Under the pieces are notes generated by a model that searched no databases, was not told where the DNA came from, and was given only the letters and a program-made list of their open reading frames with translations. Shown here one piece after another: positions 27,211 through 30,306 of a stretch of DNA of 30,306 nt (position 1 is the first letter of the stretch; every line of letters starts with the position of its first letter). The DNA is taken from assembly GCA_017561285.1 (NCBI GenBank), contig JAFZDG010000314.1, positions 1 to 30,306 on the forward strand, written 5' to 3'. A program made the position numbers and the translations under genes. This DNA is from Bacteroidaceae bacterium (lineage in GTDB: Bacteria > Bacteroidota > Bacteroidia > Bacteroidales > Barnesiellaceae_A).

Positions 27211-27373
27211 GCTGCTTTGACATATTTCGCAGCGAGCGGCATTTATATTCGCCAATCATCGTTTAGTCGTTGAAAAACCGATAGCCGAGAAATCAAATGT
27301 ATATGATTGGCTTTGCCGGGAAAAATCCTGCGTTTTAGATAATTTCGAGCTATCAACAGAGAAAGGTGTTTTT

Positions 27374-28657
27374 ATGGAAAAACTAATGCAATATATATGG
27401 CAGCACCAACTGCTCGACACCTCCCATCTTGTCACTACCGATGGACGGCGAGTGCAGGTGATTGATGCGGGCCGACTCAACACCGATGCAGGCCCCGACT
27501 TTTTCAATGCCAAGATACGCATTGATGGCTGTATGTGGGTGGGTAACATAGAGATACATTACCGAGCCTCCGACTGGAAGCGTCACAATCACCACTCCGA
27601 CAAGGCCTACGATTCGGTGATATTGCATATTGTAGAACTGGATGATATGAGTGTTGCCCGTTCCAATGGCGAGGTAATACCTCAACTCGTCATGCGTGCA
27701 GCCCCTACGCTTCGTGGCGACTTCAAGAAGTTGGTCGAAAATGCACCTCAGTTATCATGTGGCGAACGCCTCCCCGGCCTCAATCCGTTTCTTATTACCG
27801 ACTGGATAAACAGTCTGGCCGTAGAACGGCTGCAAGCCAAGAGCGAGCGCATTGCTACCTGGCTCGACCTCTACAAAGGCAATTGGGAAGAGGTGTGCTA
27901 CATCACCCTCTCGCGCAATATGGGTTTTGGTATCAATAGCGATGCTTTTGAACGCCTGGCCCGCAGCCTTCCTCTATCGTTTCTGCAAAAACACGCCGAC
28001 AGCCTTCTTCAAATAGAGTCGTTCCTATTGGGACAAGCCGGTCTGCTTGCCGACAAGCGTGAGGATGATGCTTACTACACCCGACTGGCCGGCGAATATG
28101 CTTTTTTGCAAAATAAATTCGGGCTCACCCCCCTGCCTACCGAAGCGTGGAAATTCTTCAGGCTCCGTCCACAAAATTTTCCACATCGCCGGTTGGCTAT
28201 GCTGGCACAATATATCTATGGCGGATTCTCTCTCTTTTCGCGTCTGTGTCAGGCCGAAACCATCGAGCAGATGCGCACCCTGTTTCAGGTGCAGCTATCG
28301 GGCTATTGGGACACTCACTACACCTTCGATGCCACATCTCCGGCATCAAGTTCGGTATTAGGTGTACCTGCCATCGACATCATACTCATCAACACCGTTG
28401 CACCCCTACTCTATGCCTACGGTATATACATTGGTGAAGACAAATATACCGACCGCGCACAATGGATATGGGAGTCACTTCGTCCCGAACAAAACAGCAT
28501 CGTACGCCGTTTTGCCGCGATAGGAATCGAGGCCAAGTCGGCACTCGACAGCCAAGCCATCATACAACTATACAACGAATATTGCCAACAGAAAAAGTGC
28601 CTGTATTGTCGCATAGGCCACAAGCTATTGGCCCAAGACGCTATACGAGAGGAGTAG
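27374..28657 (+). CDS. DUF2851-like conserved Bacteroidetes protein, function unknown
   Basis: MEKLMQYIWQH, GPDFFNAKI, WVGNIEIH..ASDW..H.H..D.AYDSVILH and RLRPQNFPHRR motifs; C-terminal C...KCL.C.IGH. Confidence 0.85.
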   Translation: MEKLMQYIWQHQLLDTSHLVTTDGRRVQVIDAGRLNTDAGPDFFNAKIRIDGCMWVGNIEIHYRASDWKRHNHHSDKAYDSVILHIVELDDMSVARSNGEVIPQLVMRAAPTLRGDFKKLVENAPQLSCGERLPGLNPFLITDWINSLAVERLQAKSERIATWLDLYKGNWEEVCYITLSRNMGFGINSDAFERLARSLPLSFLQKHADSLLQIESFLLGQAGLLADKREDDAYYTRLAGEYAFLQNKFGLTPLPTEAWKFFRLRPQNFPHRRLAMLAQYIYGGFSLFSRLCQAETIEQMRTLFQVQLSGYWDTHYTFDATSPASSSVLGVPAIDIILINTVAPLLYAYGIYIGEDKYTDRAQWIWESLRPEQNSIVRRFAAIGIEAKSALDSQAIIQLYNEYCQQKKCLYCRIGHKLLAQDAIREE

Positions 28658-28685
28658 CGAGCTACTAACAAGCGTCATCACATAG

Positions 28686-28723
28686 AGGCTGTGTCGAAAT
28701 GAATATTTTTGGCACAGCCTTTT
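28686..28723 (+). terminator. Intrinsic terminator of the DUF2851-like gene
   Basis: AGGCTGTGTC / GGCACAGCCT stem followed by TTT. Confidence 0.7.
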
Positions 28724-28760
28724 AATTTGCCACATCGAGTCACACAGTTCTTGTCACGAC

Positions 28761-28795
28761 AAAAAAACCGGCAGAATGCTCACACACTCTGCCGG
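28761..28795 (-). terminator. Intrinsic terminator of the FN3/T9SS gene
   Basis: Minus strand CCGGCAGAGTG / CATTCTGCCGG stem followed by T7. Confidence 0.85.
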
Positions 28796-28836
28796 CATAA
28801 ACCTATTTAAGTCAAGTTATACTTGCACTTAATTTA

Positions 28837-30306
28837 TTATTTCACATTTACTTTGTAAACGAATTGGTTGTTTAGAGTCTTCACAACTACGAGAGCAACA
28901 CCATTCATATTGGCGGGTACTGTGATGTTATCACAAGCATTTACTTCGTAGCTACCCAATACGCGACCTTGCATATCAACCAAAGCAACACTCTCTACAA
29001 ATACGCCTGAGTTGTAAACTGTAACGGCACCGTTGGTAGCAGCAACAGTAAAGCGATCGGCTGTAGCAGCGCTGATTGCAGACTTACCGTTAGCGTTGAA
29101 TGTCTCTTGTGAAGCATATTCACTCACGCGATCCATGTCGCAATAAGCGCGTACACGCCATACATAAGCAGCACCAGCTTCGAGTTCATAGAGTGTATAT
29201 TCGTTGGTTGCAAGGCCTTTGATATCAGTCCAAGAAGTGGCATCACCCTTACGGTAGCGGAGATCCCAAGAGAGGTGCTCTTCGTTGAGGTTCCAAGTAA
29301 GTTTGTCACCATAGTCCTCAGTGTTGGCGTGTGCAAGACCATCGGGTATAGGACAAGCAGGAAGATCGGCAGTTGTGAATGTTACAACCTCGCTCCAGTC
29401 GCTATAGTCGTTTTCGGCAACGATACCACGTACTTTCACTTGATACTCGGTGAGGTGAGTAAGGTCGGTAAGAGCTACTTCTTTACCTGTTACCACTTGA
29501 GTTGTAAACTCATCACCTGTTTTAGCATAAGCAAACTCAAATGACTCTTGCTCACCGCGCCATGTTACCACTGCGCTGTTCCATGTAATATCACCTACTT
29601 TCACTTGAGGAACTACGGGGATAGGACGACCTTCGGCACGGAAGTTGTCAAGTGTCAATTTCAATTTGTCACCCATTGTTCTCCAGTACAAGCGTACCTC
29701 TACAGTCTCTTCAATATAGTTATTGAGGTCGAGCTCAACAGTGAATGTGTCAGTAGTTGCTTCAGCTACATCATAGTTGGTGTGAGTATAGAGCACATCA
29801 TTTGACCATTCAGTGCTACCTTCACGACGTACTTGTACTGCCAATGTATCGCCTTCAACCCATGTATAAACTGAGGGACCACCTTGCCACATAGTTTTAT
29901 TTACAAACATATTGTAGTCGAAGAAGAGAGCAGCATCGCGTTGGTTAACATAGAAGCGACCGAATGAGAGGGTGCTTACTGTACCTGTAGCACTCTTTGA
30001 AGGAGTACATACAAATTTGTTGTGGTTTGAAACAACGTTTATATGATCCTCATCGTATTTTGTAGTGCTATTAACATTCCAAGAACCCTCATAAGCCCAA
30101 CCTGTAGGAACTTCAGTATAGAAGTTGTGGATATTGGGTGTCCAAGGAAGTGTATTAACTGTAGCAGCTTCATCTTCAGCATAGAGAGTAGCATAGTTAT
30201 AAGAAGCATCGTAGCTGATAGCACGTACAAAGTATGCAGTGCTTGCCTCAAGACCTTCAACAACTACATTTTGAGCAGAGGGACCCATATATACAACACG
30301 ACCCAC
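28837..30306 (-). CDS. C-terminal part of a large secreted protein with FN3 repeats, a jelly-roll-like domain and a T9SS-type CTD; 5' end lies outside the window
   Basis: FN3 signatures GLEASTAYFVRA, LTDLTHLTEYQVKVRG and LEAGAAYVWRVRA. CTD-like end: VALVDMQGRVL...GVALVVVKT...YKVNVK. The frame is open to the window edge. Confidence 0.8.
   Translation of the reverse strand: MGRVVYMGPSAQNVVVEGLEASTAYFVRAISYDASYNYATLYAEDEAATVNTLPWTPNIHNFYTEVPTGWAYEGSWNVNSTTKYDEDHINVVSNHNKFVCTPSKSATGTVSTLSFGRFYVNQRDAALFFDYNMFVNKTMWQGGPSVYTWVEGDTLAVQVRREGSTEWSNDVLYTHTNYDVAEATTDTFTVELDLNNYIEETVEVRLYWRTMGDKLKLTLDNFRAEGRPIPVVPQVKVGDITWNSAVVTWRGEQESFEFAYAKTGDEFTTQVVTGKEVALTDLTHLTEYQVKVRGIVAENDYSDWSEVVTFTTADLPACPIPDGLAHANTEDYGDKLTWNLNEEHLSWDLRYRKGDATSWTDIKGLATNEYTLYELEAGAAYVWRVRAYCDMDRVSEYASQETFNANGKSAISAATADRFTVAATNGAVTVYNSGVFVESVALVDMQGRVLGSYEVNACDNITVPANMNGVALVVVKTLNNQFVYKVNVK

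Noticed and set aside
1-30306. CRISPR array, tRNA/rRNA, DGR/retron, or stop-codon recoding
   Set aside because: I saw no regularly spaced repeats, cloverleaf or rRNA signatures, or reverse transcriptase. Conserved genes are full length under the standard code, with TAA, TAG and TGA all used as stops.

Overview
Bacteroidales-type chromosomal window. The evidence is Bacteroidetes TAnnTTTG -7 promoter boxes, A-rich Shine-Dalgarno-less starts and T9SS-type C-termini. Housekeeping blocks: the end of an O-methyltransferase followed by rbfA and a LolE/FtsX-type permease; a self-contained lplA-gcvT-gcvH-gcvPA-gcvPB-lpdA glycine-cleavage operon; rubrerythrin; tryptophanase; typA; rpsO; a dapB-lepB-(S26-like)-wbqC operon; and a DUF2851-type gene. 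An accessory block (about 11.4-18.8 kb) holds a secreted FN3/adhesin-like protein, a membrane-anchored TPR-AraC regulator, a repeat lipoprotein and a NAGPA-like protein. Two more T9SS-type cargo genes lie elsewhere: a CotH kinase fused to a CBM26-like module, and a truncated FN3 protein. The most notable observations are (1) a signal peptidase I paralogue lacking both catalytic residues, coupled between intact lepB and wbqC, (2) the CotH-CBM26-T9SS fusion, and (3) the adhesin/TPR-AraC/lipoprotein module with candidate operators. I saw no tRNA, rRNA, CRISPR array, transposase or integrase. Family assignments come from motif recognition by eye; no database searches were run.
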